The notes beneath the pieces are model-generated. The model had not been told where the DNA came from. It made no database searches and saw nothing but the letters and a program-made list of their open reading frames with translations. Position numbers and translations under genes: made by a program. A stretch of 63,030 nt of DNA, the filler included, from Licmophora abbreviata (taxonomy: Eukaryota), in NCBI GenBank assembly GCA_900291995.1. It is 11 parts of 11 records of this genome, joined end to end, with 100 filler letters (N's around TTAATTAATTAA, not from the genome) between each part and the next. Parts side by side here need not be neighbours in the genome. Positions count along the whole stretch, not along the records: positions 32,704 to 36,116 come from OLMU01004874.1; positions 36,217 to 39,495 come from OLMU01004875.1; positions 39,596 to 51,543 come from OLMU01004876.1; 8 more parts are not named here. One strand, given 5' to 3'. Numbering within the stretch: position 1 is the first letter of the stretch; each line of letters begins with the position of its first letter. Below are positions 35,124-48,619 of this stretch, piece by piece.

Positions 35124-35969
35124 ATGCTGTATTCTATAATTCTTCCGACGTACAATGAAAGGGAGAATCTTCCCATCATTGTGTTTTTGATCGACACAGC
35201 CATGACCAAGGCTACGCTCGACTACGAGATCGTCGTCGTGGACGACAGCAGTCCCGACGGTACTCTGGAGATCGCCAAGGCCCTGCAGCGTTCCTACCCA
35301 ACGGGGTGTATCGAACTTGTATCACGATCGGGGAAACTGGGGCTGGGTAGTGCCTACAAGGCAGGTTTGCAAGCGGCAAAGGGAGATCGGATCGTTCTCA
35401 TGGATGCCGATCTCAGCCATCATCCAAAGTTCATTCCAGACATGGTGTTGGCCCTGGTGACGAACAAGGTCGACATTGTCACCGGAACACGCTACAAGCT
35501 CGGTGGAGGCGTCGCAGGATGGGACGGCTTCCGCAAGCTCACCTCCAAGACGGCCAACTTTCTGGCGGACTTTCTCTTGAATCCTGGCGTTTCCGACTTG
35601 ACGGGGTCCTTTCGACTCTACGAGCGACGGGCCTTGGAACAGATTCTGCCCCAAGTCGAAAGTAAAGGATATGCCTTTCAAATGGAAATTGTCGTCAGAG
35701 CCAAGAGTGCGGGCATGCAGATTGAGGAAATTCCAATTACCTTTGTAGATCGAATCTATGGCCAAAGCAAACTGGGGACGAAAGAAATCTTTCTCTATTT
35801 GAAGGGACTCGTCAAGCTCTTCTTTACCACGTTAGTACCTGGTAACCACTCCTACTGCATACTAGTACCATACAGAACTTCTTCCGATTTGCGCGTCGCG
35901 TTGCTTCGATACATGGCTTCCAGTACTTGCACCGTTCGAAGTCCCAGTTTACTATCGGCTCCGTGGTAG
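35124..35969 (+). CDS. DPM1: dolichol-phosphate mannosyltransferase catalytic subunit (expected stop near 35835 is out of frame)
   Basis: [80 protein letters not shown]. Confidence 0.93.
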   Translation: MLYSIILPTYNERENLPIIVFLIDTAMTKATLDYEIVVVDDSSPDGTLEIAKALQRSYPTGCIELVSRSGKLGLGSAYKAGLQAAKGDRIVLMDADLSHHPKFIPDMVLALVTNKVDIVTGTRYKLGGGVAGWDGFRKLTSKTANFLADFLLNPGVSDLTGSFRLYERRALEQILPQVESKGYAFQMEIVVRAKSAGMQIEEIPITFVDRIYGQSKLGTKEIFLYLKGLVKLFFTTLVPGNHSYCILVPYRTSSDLRVALLRYMASSTCTVRSPSLLSAPW

Positions 35970-37250
35970 TAGTCCTTCCGACCCAGACATGCGTCCACAA
36001 AGCTCTGCAGCGACGCCGGTCCACTCCCATCCTGCTCCAGCTCTTCAAAATGAAAGCCCTTGCCACAGGGCAGTTCCACTTTGCCGTCGGTGTCCACGCG
36101 TCGCAACTCGAGCTGGNNNNNNNNNNNNNNNNNNNNNNNNNNNNNNNNNNNNNNNNNNNNTTAATTAATTAANNNNNNNNNNNNNNNNNNNNNNNNNNNN
36201 NNNNNNNNNNNNNNNNGATCGTCGCCGCTGTACACGATAGATCCATGAGTACCGAAAATCTTGATTCGCACTAATTTGCCTACGGGAGGATCCGAATGGG
36301 CATTGCCTGGTAGCAGTGATGTCCCTGACATGGACAAAATCACCTCATTGTTGACATGTTCCGAGTCAGAATCATCACTGCTATTACTACAAACAATCGT
36401 CGCGGCATGAGCAACGTCCGCTCCAGTCGTAGCCGAGTGATTCATTGCACAGTAGACATGTCTCGGTGTCAGTGTTGGACACGCGTGAAAGAGCCAAGCC
36501 AGTAAATGGGAACACTGACCCCATGCAAAGCCATTGCCCATCATGGTATTGGTCGGTTCGTTCCATCCGGTATTGGCGGGATCATCAAAGATCCAAGACA
36601 GTGGGGATGCCTTGGAGGCATTGATGAATCGAATGTCGCCAATGACGCCAGTCTCAATGAGTTCTCGTGACTTGACGGCCTGTTTGCGATAGTTGGCTGA
36701 GTGATTAATCAAAAAGCAGCCGCGGCCTCCGGACTGTTTGTACTCTTGAACGAGCTAGATTTGAAGACTTGAGCAAGTGACAAGCCTACCGCAATACGTT
36801 CACACACAATCAGAGACTGACCTCGTCTAGTTTCTTGGCTTCGTGAACGTCTGTTGTCATAGGTTTCTCCATGAGTATGTTCAATGGTCGATACTCCTCG
36901 ATACCAGCTTCCGCTTTTCGTCGCATGCCTTCCTGAATCAGTAGCCTCCCCAGTTGAAAATGAGTCGCATGCGGCGTTGCTACAAGAGCACCATCAATGA
37001 GTGGACCTAACTCAGGATCCATCAAAAGATCTTCGACAGAAGAATACAGCTTGGCCTGATACTTCTCTGCCAGGTCCGTGAGAGGCTCCAAATTTGGATT
37101 CAGGTTGGATTTCGGGTGCGGTGACGAGTCGACAATAGCAGCGATTCTCGCGCCTTGGTGTCGCTTCAAATGAGGCAGGTGCCACCCCTGACTCCACCAG
37201 CCAGCTCCAATCAAGGCAATACGGGCCTCTTTCGGCGATGAATCGCTCAT
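35852..37250 (-). CDS. Gfo/Idh/MocA-family oxidoreductase, 1 intron, spans a spacer
   Basis: IALIGAGWW Rossmann motif, [13 protein letters not shown]. Intron 36821-36755. C-terminal [14 protein letters not shown]. Confidence 0.9.
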
Positions 37251-37641
37251 CGTGTAGGAGTCTTTATGTCGTTTTTACAGAGAAAATAAAAAATTGCGGC
37301 ACATTCAGAGGGCCAGAATCATCGCAATCACATCATCGTCGTCGCATTTCTTGTCTTTGAAGATCCAAACTGTGCCCACACAGACGTCGTAAAAGATCCA
37401 TCTATATTCAAGATGGGGATGGGCATATCGCACAGACGATACTTCTGCCTGCTGTGCACACAGAGTCATTTGAAAGGCATTATGATACAAATTGAAAATG
37501 CCAGTTCGAAAACGCGTTGGGTCTTTTCAAACACGCCGCCATTTTATGGCTCAAATTTAAAATTTATGTTGTTGTGAGGTGTCGACTGTCGAAGCATCAG
37601 TTGTTGATGTCTCTTTTGGAACACCCCTCTCAGAGTATAAC

Positions 37642-39134
37642 ATGAATGACCAAAGACACGATAGTTCTGACTGCGCGCCCCGTCATGTTCATCATCAGTC
37701 GGCGCAGAATGCATTGTCGTACTTTTCGACTCCTCCTGGAGCTGCCGTCGCAGACCGAAAGCGCTATCCAATGTTTGGTATTGAATACCCTGGCATAAAC
37801 GGTACGTATGGTCTCTTTGTGCGTCGCTTGTAGATAGATGTTTGTGCGCAGATATTGTGAATCTGATTCGTCTTTCTCCATGACTCGACATCAATAATTT
37901 CATGCACCACGTGTACTGATTCTCAGATGTCATGTGTGGACGCGGGGGAGCCAGCAATGGGCACATCGGCAATGTGCGCTTTCGCACACTCATCAACGAA
38001 CACAAAGTCCAGTACTTGTCTGCTTCTAAACAAGACAAACCCAAGATCTCAGTGGAGATAGCGGGCGTGTGGCGCAGCTTGAATCCACCCGGACGATTTC
38101 TCACCAAAACCAACCCCAAGTCCGAGGATTCCTTGTGGCACGACATTGGAGACAAGAAGGCGAAAGAAAAGGTATCGCAGTGTCTGCGAGAAAGAACGCC
38201 TGAGATCATGCCGTATGTACAACAGCAGCAACAAAAACAACAACACGGAAATTCCAAGCAGCGGGAGATCGCAAAGGAAAAACCTAACCCACAGATGAAT
38301 CAGCCGGTTAAGAAGCGAGCCATTAAGCCTGATCCAGAGGTCTCCTCGCCTTCAGTTGCCATGCAGCACTTCACTCCAGACATTGCGCGCTCCGCCCCAA
38401 AATCATCTGCCTATCTCTCACAGCGCCTTGACAATGGCGTGGATCGTCGAAGCAGGGCGGAAGTCGCGGACTCAGTACCCACTGCGGCGGAACTAATGGA
38501 GCAAGTCTTTTCCGACGAAGATGATCCTGACAAGCATGTCATGCCAGATCAGCCACTGTCCTCAATGGAAGACTACTTCAACCAAGTTCAAACCTTCTTG
38601 AACTCTACCCCGAAGAGAGAAGACAATGATGCATACTCGACAGCCGAACGGTCGCAGTTTTTGGATACCATGAGCGCATGCTCGTGGGCGAGAACCGTCA
38701 AGTCTGTTGACGCCAGCGACGGCGGCGGCACCATGCTCATTAGTATCATTAGCGGCTTGATGGATGAAGAGGAGACGAGTCGCCCAATCATGCCCCAGCG
38801 GATGCAAATCAAAACTCGCTCCCAAAAGATGAATTTCGGCAAATCCAAAGTTGGCACCATTGCCGGAGCCAGCAACACCTCGAACATGTCCGAACTCACT
38901 GACCTTTCGTCGTTTCGCGACACGAGCATGCGATCGTCCAAGATGGGTAATGCAAAAGCAAACAATGTATCCTTGATGTCTGATATGACAGACTTTTCGT
39001 CATTTCGAGACAACAACAAGAGTATGCGATCCAACAAGATGGGTGCCGGAAGAAACAACAGCAACTACTCTCTCAGCAGCGACTTGACGGATATAAGCGA
39101 AGGTCTCCAGGATATATCCGTTTCCGGCCTGTGA
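37642..39134 (+). CDS. DUF6824-domain protein, 2 exons
   Basis: Exons 37642-37801 and 37927-39134. NDVMCGRGG..HIGNVRFR..PPGRFL..W.DIGDKKAKEKVSQCLRE. Confidence 0.85.
38887..39044 (+). repeat. imperfect in-frame tandem duplication (2 copies, partial third)
   Basis: MSELTDLSSFRDTSMRSSKMG and MSDMTDFSSFRDNNKSMRSNKMG, then SSDLTDIS. The similarity is also visible at DNA level. Confidence 0.7.
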
Positions 39135-39199
39135 CTCTATAATTGGCACGTGACAATACACTAGGATGAATGTAAATTGAGGAGCACTAGTAGATGATT

Positions 39200-41017
39200 T
39201 TAGTTTCCAATTCCTGCACCTCGGTCTCCTACACCTCGCTGTCTACCAGCCATCGATTCGATTCTCTCCCAGTCTTTCACTAGCGCATTCTGCACTTTCC
39301 CAGTGCTGGCCGACGTAGCCGAGTCTGCATTATCCTTGGTCTGTCGACCAATGGCACCACCTGACTTCCACCCGAGCTTTTGGAGCATCTGATTCCCAAT
39401 GTTGGAATCCCCTAAATTGTCTTCCGGGCGAACAACGTCTGCTTGCACCGCCGATGCGGCTTCCAAAGCAAGAGGCATCGCTGCTACTGCCTGCGNNNNN
39501 NNNNNNNNNNNNNNNNNNNNNNNNNNNNNNNNNNNNNNNTTAATTAATTAANNNNNNNNNNNNNNNNNNNNNNNNNNNNNNNNNNNNNNNNNNNNCGCCC
39601 GGTCTCGATACCCCGCCGCAGCAGTGGATTCCTCGCCCGTGGCCTGTTTCATGGCATCCAACGCCTTCTGCTTCTTTTCCAGATTTTCCTTGTGAAGCGC
39701 CGAGACTTTCTCATGCTGCAGCAGCTTTTCGAGCGTTGCAAACTTGCGACGGCACAGCATACAAATCGGCTGACCCGATGCCGTCTTGGGAACTGATTTT
39801 TGGGCGGTCGCAGTGGCAGGAGTTGCGGCGGTAGTGTTGCCGCCGTCAGTGCCTCGTTCCTCCCGACCTCGCTCCGACCACTTTTCAATATTAGCCACGT
39901 CCTGCTTGTTGGTGGCGCGGTGTCGAGCCGGTTCATGCGTGAGCTTTGCTTTCTTAGAAGGAGGATCCTTGGACGTCTTTTTCTTCGTCTTGCCGGCGAG
40001 CGCCTTTTTCTGCTCGTGTCCCGGAAGTACCTTGCTGGTCAACTTGATGGCAATCGTCTTTTGTGGCAGGTCCGTTGTTGTCGTCGTCGTCGTTGAAGTA
40101 GGAATCGGAAGGAGATTTTGTTCCATGACAACCGCGGCACTCAAACTAGTGTTTTGACTCTCCACTGCGACTTGTCGAAACGGAGGGCCATCATCGTCAT
40201 CATCCTTTGGACGACAGTACGTGTAGTAAACTTGCGTTTTGTTTCCAAAATAGAGTTTGGACTTTGGATCGTAGAAAAAGTCTGACATGGCTTCGTAAAA
40301 CATGGCCGATCGTGCATCAAAGACGTAGGATGCACCGGACTCTTCAAAGGGAGGAGGCCACTCGATGATATTCTTGTCGTGTTCTTGTTGTCGTTGGGAG
40401 AAGGACGATGAACGAACAACGCGTCCAAACTCGTCCAAATCGTCTTCGTAGTCTTGCTGCTCTTTATGAGTATCATCCTTGTTCTTCCAATCGGCATCAT
40501 CATTCTCTCGCTCATCCCGATGATAAGGATGAGTCCTGCCTCGTCGTTCATAAGTGTCATCATAGTAATCGTCGTCACGTGCTCTTTCATAGTAATAGTC
40601 CTGACCATAATTTCGTTCCGGCGCTCCTTCTGAAAGTTCCAATGTAGATGAATACAAGACCATGGAAAGGAAAGAAAAAGGAAACCGTAACACGCGCAAC
40701 ATGTGTGAGACACGAACAATAGTAGATTCGTGTTACGTGTCAAAACTGAGCCAAATTAGCCTCGTACGGATTTCATCCATCAGATCGTTCGTAGTCCTGT
40801 TTTTCCAAGAACGATGGTAGGATAGCGATGAGAACGACTCTTCTGGATCGTCACCTCGTCGTCGTCGTCGCGGCTGTTGTTCTTGTCGCCGCGTACTGGA
40901 AGTAGTGGTAGTACTCGCTGAAGTAGTAGTAGCATACCCTCGTTGATCTGCGCGACCAGCGTGAGTATTCCATGCTCCTCCTCCTGAAGTACGATTATTG
41001 TTGCTGCTGTTGCTCAT
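39200..41017 (-). CDS. RBM5/RBM10-like protein: OCRE + C2H2 zinc finger + G-patch
   Basis: Intron 40767-40630. OCRE YVFDARSAMFYEAMSDFFYDPKSKLYF; ZnF CMLCRRKF..HEKVSALH; YRDRA; G-patch NIGNQMLQKLGWKSGGAIG after the spacer. Confidence 0.85.
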
Positions 41018-41542
41018 GCTTCAAGTAAAAGTAGTAAAAGTAACATCAACAGGTCTTTTGAACACAAGATGGACTGGAGTGTGTGAGTGTGTGTGTGTTC
41101 ACAACGAGATCACAAAAGAAGACCGCCGGCGACGACGTGACTTGAGAATGCCATCGTATCTCTGTTGAGTTTTGGCGACGCAACGTGGCGAGCCATTTGC
41201 CCTCCACGTGGAGGAAACGTTTGGAATCAGGCATTTCACTTTGTTCATACTCACAAAACAGAAATGATCTGCGAAATCTCTCATCGGCGCGCGCACAGGG
41301 AGGTGACACAACACAATGACAAATGGACATACAATCTTCAATCTGTCGACGTTTGCTTCGTGCATCACCAACAACACAACTGCACTCTAGGGCTAGAGAG
41401 AGAGAGTACAGAATCATATCTTCCACTGCAGCGAGAAGGTTCGACTTATGCTGCAAAGTTACAAAGTAACTGCGATGCTGTGATCCGAGCTCATCCTCTG
41501 AAATATTGACTCAATTTTGCAATCATAGTAGTTTGGACAAAG

Positions 41543-44500
41543 ATGCCGAATCGACGACGACGGCAGGCGGCTCGTCCTACAAACAACAACAGTAGCGACA
41601 CTGATAGTATGGATTCTCACAATTATGATCGCAGCAGGATGACGATGTCGACCTGTCATAAGGTGTTTCCAAACTCGCAAGACATTTTCTTGCACCAACT
41701 TTCCCCGCAGCGCTCCACTGTTTACTACGCCAGTCTTGAACTCTCCTATCAGAATACTCTTTCAAATAAACTTGCCACGATTATCCAAATAGGAGACGTC
41801 GTGGCCGTCGCTGACACCTCTACAACGACCTGTCAGCCTACAGAACAAGAGAAAAATATATTTCCAAATCATCCTTATTGGCGACCTGCACAAGTCTTGG
41901 CCTTGTATCAGCATCACGACACTTCTTCTTCCAACAGTGACAATGATAATGAATCCCGCTGCTGGTGCATGACACTGCGATGGTTTTATCGCTATGCAGA
42001 AATTCAAGACGAAAGTGTCAAGTTTGCCCTCGTGGACGAACTCCAACGTGATGAGCGGAGTATGGAAGTCTATGAATCTACTACCATCACGACCGACGTC
42101 AATCTACTACAATCTTCTGCCAGTAATACGATGGTTGTGGGGAAGGTACAATTGCGCAATACGAGTGACGATGTGACGAAGGAGGTTGCACAGGGACGAG
42201 GTACCGCGGACGACGGCATGCCTCAAGTGACACTGGTATGTCGATCGAGGATTTATGAGGACAAGGACGAAGTAGTGGTAGAAGCTGTGGACGACTGGGA
42301 TACCAACCTTCCGTCTACTGCAGATGAAGTATGGTCGGGACCTCTCAAGAGGGGGCTCGCGTGCTTGGACAATCCAAATCTCATCAAGGCTACCAAACAA
42401 GGTCTCTTGGAGTATTATCAAGAGGAGGATCATACTACTAGTAACGAGGAGCAAATGTCGTCGTCGTCTTCTGAAGCTGATTCTGACAGTAGCAATTCTG
42501 TCGCGAGTGCTTCATCCGAAATAGGAGTGGAGAGGACGGAGGTATATGCGGCTCCCAGTAGCTCCGACTCGGACGAGGAGTTGGTCGGACGACAAGAGAA
42601 TCAGTCGTCATCCGATGATGAGTCCTCTGATACTAGTATTGAAGATACTATGGAAGTCGCTGGTAATAAGGAACGTGCTGTGGTGAATGTTGATGATAAT
42701 GAGTCCGACGACGACGAAAGCGATGGACAGGAACAAGAAGAATCGGAGGTGGAAGAGTCGTCGCATCATATCGCTGAAGAAAGGGAGTCGGTACAAGATA
42801 CAAATGTCGCCGAGAGTGAGTCTCTAGCGGAATCAAACAATGATGGTGAGGGGCATCCCATGAGTCGGCATGTTGAACATCAAGAATCTTCTGAGTCCGA
42901 CAGTGCGTCGCTAGACGACGAGTCTCGCGAAAGCGACATTGAGCGCGAACAAAAAATGCCTCAGACCGACAATGTCTCATTTGACGACGACGAGGAAATG
43001 CCACAGTACCGTCCCGATGATGATCTCTCAGATGATTGTGGGCAAAGCATGGATGAGGACGAAGAGTCTTCTGAATCGGAGGAAGAACTGTCAGATGAAG
43101 AGACCTGCAATTCCGAAGTCGACAAGGAAATGACCGCTGACAGTGAGAAACTTGAGCGCTCGCATGGAAATGGAAACCGAACTTATTACGACTGTATCTC
43201 GCTTGCGATAAGGTCAGATGCCTGCGCCCCTCGTGTCGTCAGCAAGGCCAGGAGTCGCGGGCGATGGACGGTGATGGTTGGCGATATGATTTGTTTGGAG
43301 TATGAGGATGCCTCCCCTCGGGATGTACGTATTCTTGATAGCTTCAAGAGGAAAGCATCGCCACAGGCTCGGTTGTGGTTCCCGTTCGTCGTGCCCTGGG
43401 TCGTTTGTCAGGTCTTGACCATCTACCGAGACAAAAGGGCAGATAATAGGGTCATGCTCGAGGTACGATGGTGCTACCGTGCTTCGGACTTGCCAAAATT
43501 TGTCAGAGCACGGTTGCCAGTAGAGGATTCAGAAGTTTCCAGGGAACAAGTTTTTGAAACGGATAATGTCGAGACCGGGCTGCCCGCTAGTGACATTCTT
43601 GGTCACGTTGACGTCTTTTTGGGTCATCACGCTGCCGCGGGAAACCTCTGTCCTGACACGGAGTCGATCCCCACTGTCGAATGTCGATGCTCTCAGTTCT
43701 TTCTGACACAGGAAAGTCTTCACCAACTTCAGCCGATTTTTTCGTCAGGACTGACGCCTAAGGAATGGTACCGTCGCTCTGTTCTCCGAGGGGCTAGTCT
43801 TTCCAAGAACCTCCAACTCGATGAAATACTCCGACGCTCAACCCTCAAACTTCTGAGAAGGGTGTACACGATACCCACTCAGTTGCTAGATCTGGAAGCA
43901 GGCGATGTGAAGGAGACCTCCGAGAAAGATCCCGAGTACGGCAATATTGTAGAAGCTACGCTGGAACCACGTTGGGACTGCTATTATCTGGCCGACTTGC
44001 TCTGGCACCCAGAAGACCGTAAGGGCTTACACTGGAATCTTACCGTGGGCGACCTGGTTGCTATTCAAAACGAGAACGCGAGTCCACCTGCCTTCCAAGG
44101 CCGAGACGACAAAATGTGGTACCCCTTTAACATAGGTTGGAGTCCAGCGCAGGTGTTGGCAATCTTTGACACTGATATGGACCACCTCCGCTTTGAGATT
44201 CGATGGTTTAAACAGATAAATGATTTTCCAGGCGACGGACCGTTCAACAAGAACGTTTTGAAACTTTCGGATAAGCTCAAGTTGGACGCCGTTTGCGAAA
44301 GTGGCGAGACCGCAGTGATTGATTCAGATCGTTTGGTCGGTCCCCTGACTATACGATCACCTGAGAATCAAACGGCTGCCCAGAGCAAAGCTCTCCCACA
44401 GAAGACGCTTATTTACGGTGGTCAGTACTATCCGCAAAGTGGAAAGGCATTGGTCGCCCGGTCGTGGAGTTGGGCGGATGTGATTTCACGAGGCATTGAC

Positions 44501-47191
44501 TACGCTGACCACTATTCGCACGATGCAGCGCGAGAAAGGATGAAATTGTTGGTTGCGTGCGGGGAGGAAAGTAGTGATGAAGTTTCCTTGGATCAATCGA
44601 CGATGACTGAGGCATCTCTTAGTTGCTCTTTGGCACAGCACCGCCGTCCCGGATGCAACGAGAAACCAACGAAGCGCGCCCGATTGGATTGGGTGGCGAC
44701 TGAGGATATCGCGCCACAGGAAGACGACGGTAGTAGATCTGACACCCAGCAACCTCTGCAACCTCTGAATCCGGACGAGATTCAGGTTTGGACCTCGCTC
44801 CCACCATTCCACGTCGATGTTTCGTCGCGGCGGGCGTACTATTCGGAAATGAACATTTCACCGCCTTACGAGCACTACGTCTTCGGTCGATCTCGAATCA
44901 GTAGCGGGGCGATCAACGAGTGCTGGAAGGTCAAGCTTGGTGATTCCGTAATAGTTCGGTACGAAGTCGGATCGGGGATGGCTAATTTCGACGCTGCCCA
45001 CATGAACAAGAACGCTCACTTCCCTTTCAAGCTGCCGTGGGCCGTTGGAGAGATCCTGACGATCTGGAAGGAGCATGATATGGGAGACGATAGTAGTCAA
45101 TCTCACGTCCTAGTTGACGACGCAGAACCTCGCCATGAGGAAAACATTATGATCGAAATCAGGTGGTATTACAGACACGACGAGCTTCTCGGTGCTTCTC
45201 GGTCCCTGAGAAAAGCCCCCGTTGTCGCCTCAAGCTCGCTGGAAGAAATTTTTGAGTCCGATCATATCGAAGAAGACTGGGAAGCTTCGAACATTCTCGC
45301 TCCTGCAGTTGTAAGCACTTCACTAACCCGGTCTGGCGTTGCTCCTACACATGTTGGTATGCCCTTGATCGAAATGTTCTGCAGCCGGTTCTTCTCGCTT
45401 CATCGTAGGTCCATGGTGCCTTGTGGGGATAGCTCCAATCGGATGGAACGCGGAAGGCTGCTTTCAAAACACTTTGGGAAGAATGGAGTGCTTAAGGCGG
45501 CTTTGGAGAGACATTTGCAGCCTCACAACCCTACGAAAAACGACGACCTCGACAACAGGATCGCCTGTGACACGGTCGCCTGGCGAGTGCCGTTCCAGGA
45601 AGCCATTGGGAAGCTGTCGCTGACTGATTCAGCAGACGATGCCGCGGCAAAGGGGAACGAATTGCCCGGTCGCGAGAAAGAAATGGAAAGAATTAAGTCG
45701 TTTCTTCGTAACGCCATCTGTGACCAACCAGCACTAAAAAGTTCCGAAAGTACTGGGTCAGCGAAATCTTCTATGTTTGTAGCTGGACCTCCAGGTAAGC
45801 TCTCTCTCTCTCTCGTGCTCTGCTGTGTCGTGATGTAAATTGCCTACATTCAACCCTCCGTTGTTGTACAGGCACGGGTAAAACGGCCTCTGTCCGCTCC
45901 ACCATTGCACAGCTTCGACACGAGCAGGCTAGCGGCGATATACCTGCCTTTGATTTCATCTCATTGAATGGAATGGAAATGCGTCATCCCTTTGAAGCTT
46001 ACGTGAGGCTTTGGGAGGAGGTATCTGGGGTCGCTAGGGAAAAGAAAGGTCCCGAAGTTGCCGCTGCTCTGCTTGAAAAGCATTTCACAGGCAATCACCA
46101 ATACGAGTCAGGCGCGGACCCTGACCATCGGATCGTGGTGGTTTTGCTGGACGAGATCGATTATCTTGTTACTAAGAAGCAGACTGTACTATACAACTTT
46201 TTTGACTGGCCGATTCGGGCGTCTCAGACACCTCACGGCCCGCGCCTGGTTGTCATCGGCATTTCCAATACTCTGAACCTACCTTCTCGCCTGAAACAAA
46301 GTGTGCAGTCGAGACTTGGAAAGGAACGGTGCGACTTCAAAGCATACAACCACCAACACATTGTGAAGATTCTGTCTGACAAGGTTAACACTGGGAAGAA
46401 GGTATGTATCTCTCTACGCCGATTATGTGGCATTCGATCGGGGCAGCGATGAGCCTCACGCCTGTCTTTCCTTTGTTAGAACTCCTACAAGGTGTTTGAT
46501 GATGACGCTATTCTTTTTGCAGCTAAGAAGACGGCATCGCTGTCTGGGGATCTTCGAAAGGCTCTGCAACTCTGCAAGACGGCGGCGGAAAATGTATTGA
46601 AAGCTGCTGAGGCCGGAACGTGGGTCGACCCTCAAGGAAAAATCACTGATCCCATCGTTCGTGTCAAGCACGTCCACACCGCAAGTCGCGAATCCTTCGG
46701 TTCGATACTGTCGAAGGCGCTGGCTCTCACATCCCCTTTTGAAGCCCTGCTTTTGATCTCGCTGGCGTCCTTATCTCGCAGCACCGGACGGGAGAATGGT
46801 GGATTCGATATCGACGAGCTGTACACGAAGATTGAGGCGATTGCGAATGCCAGCGGCGATCCCTTGTATCTCGCCCCGCCGACGTTTGGAGAAATACTGG
46901 AAATTTTGAATCGATTGGGAGAGGTACGTTGCTATCATGACTACGGGGAACCTATTAGTCCTCTGGATTGATATTTCCTTACCCACTTCTTCCCCTGTTC
47001 AGTCTCGTCTCGTTTCGCTGTCGACGCCCAAGAGCTCCGCGATATCCTTCCGCGCTGCCCAAGGTGGTAGCGGCGGCGCATGGCCACTGATTTCGCTACC
47101 AATGGACTCCAGTACTATTATGCTGGCGCTTCGAGACACACCGCATCAGTCTCTAGCAGACAAGTACCTCGGCACCCAAGGATCCTTCTAG
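41543..47191 (+). CDS. ORC1: origin recognition complex subunit 1, 4 exons
   Basis: Introns 45795-45871, 46402-46479 and 46924-47002. LPGREKE, Walker A VAGPPGTGKT, Walker B VVLLDEIDYL, QTVLYNFFDWP, SGDLRKALQLC. N-terminal BAH-like repeats. Confidence 0.9.
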
Positions 47192-47225
47192 CTAGCCTTT
47201 GCAATATGAATCGATGCCATCTATA

Positions 47226-47987
47226 CTATTGACACTCCAGTAAAACCTCTTGCCGTTCCGCGTCTAGAAAGTCAACCGTGCTTCCCCCCGGAACTGCCTG
47301 TCCAATCTTTTCCATTTGCGGTGCCTCTACAGTGTGAAGAAAGAGTGCCAGCAAACATTCTGCACGACAAAGCGAAAACAGGGGATCTGCCCTGATCCGG
47401 TCCTGTATGGCATCAGGGTCCTCGAGCAAACCAAACGTCGCCCATTCGTCGTACTTCTTTACCCACCCAACTTTGGAAACCTTTTCGAAAAGTACTTGCT
47501 CGAGTTCGTCCAGTCGCATTACGACCCCCACGACGCGACCCGCAATCGCTTGCCCCTCCTCTGGCATAAGTGCCATTCCGTCTGTGGTGGACGTCGTCTG
47601 TCTCTTTTCAATGGCCTTTGCAGCAATCTTTCCCGCCGATAGGGCGACATCCAATGGCTTTACAATATCAGATTCCTTCAGAGGCGTATTGGGGTCGCTG
47701 TCGCTCGCACGTATCTTGAGCGCTTCCGCAATGGCATTGATTGTGGTCGGGTGGAGGGAGGGACGAATACCTGTCGCCGCCCGAAGTGCATCGCCCTGCA
47801 CATTCGGACCTTGCATATCGTCCGCTTGATCGTTCGCCGACATCGAAAGAGCATAGCCGCTCTGCTGGTGATGGTATGCTCGACCGGATGACTGAAGCGT
47901 GAACGAATCTCCGACCTGGAGCTGGCCCGCCGCCATCAGGATCATCATCACTATTGCCTGTGCAAAGACTGTCTTGCTCCGACACAT
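47226..47987 (-). CDS. uncharacterised putative plastid protein
   Basis: ATG at 47987; signal peptide ending GDS-FTL; open helical-looking domain to 47226. Confidence 0.72.
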   Translation of the reverse strand: MCRSKTVFAQAIVMMILMAAGQLQVGDSFTLQSSGRAYHHQQSGYALSMSANDQADDMQGPNVQGDALRAATGIRPSLHPTTINAIAEALKIRASDSDPNTPLKESDIVKPLDVALSAGKIAAKAIEKRQTTSTTDGMALMPEEGQAIAGRVVGVVMRLDELEQVLFEKVSKVGWVKKYDEWATFGLLEDPDAIQDRIRADPLFSLCRAECLLALFLHTVEAPQMEKIGQAVPGGSTVDFLDAERQEVLLECQ

Positions 47988-48619
47988 CGTTTTGGATGTC
48001 GTCGTTTGTGTTTCTATCTCAATCAAAAACGGACCGACCAGTGTAAGGAAGATATACTGAGTTGATATGCAGTGTCTATCCCAACAGATGTTTGTGCCGC
48101 TCTTAGGATTGTCTCCGCCGCGTCGTTCCGCCATTTTGAGTGATGGCGGCTCCACTGTAATGATTTTTACGACGGCGTTCTCGCGCCAAACTTGGCAATG
48201 GACGCCAGACAGACTCTCTTCGTGGCCAAAATCGACTTATCCGTGATCAAGCCTATCCCTATCGTAGCTAGACCATACTAGAAAAGCGTAGCTAGCTAGA
48301 GTGATGTTGCATGTTGTCGTTATTTCGCTTGTTTACACGTATCATTTGGGAAAGAAGAGAACAAAGAGCATCCCCGTGAGCACGTCTATGAGGCGGTGGT
48401 CGTATCGTCAACTCCATCAGTGTGGTAGATGCCAGTAGGCTATATGAACACTGTCGGAACCCGCATTCACTGAAAAAGAAAATCAAATCTCTCAGTCATA
48501 TTTGGGTGTGTTGCTCTTACTGATGCCATTGGTGTGTGCGGTTCGGATCTTCCGTGCGAATCTACCCCGCGCACCATCGTCGTCATCGCCGTGGTCGGCA
48601 GACGTCGTCTTGTTGCCTA

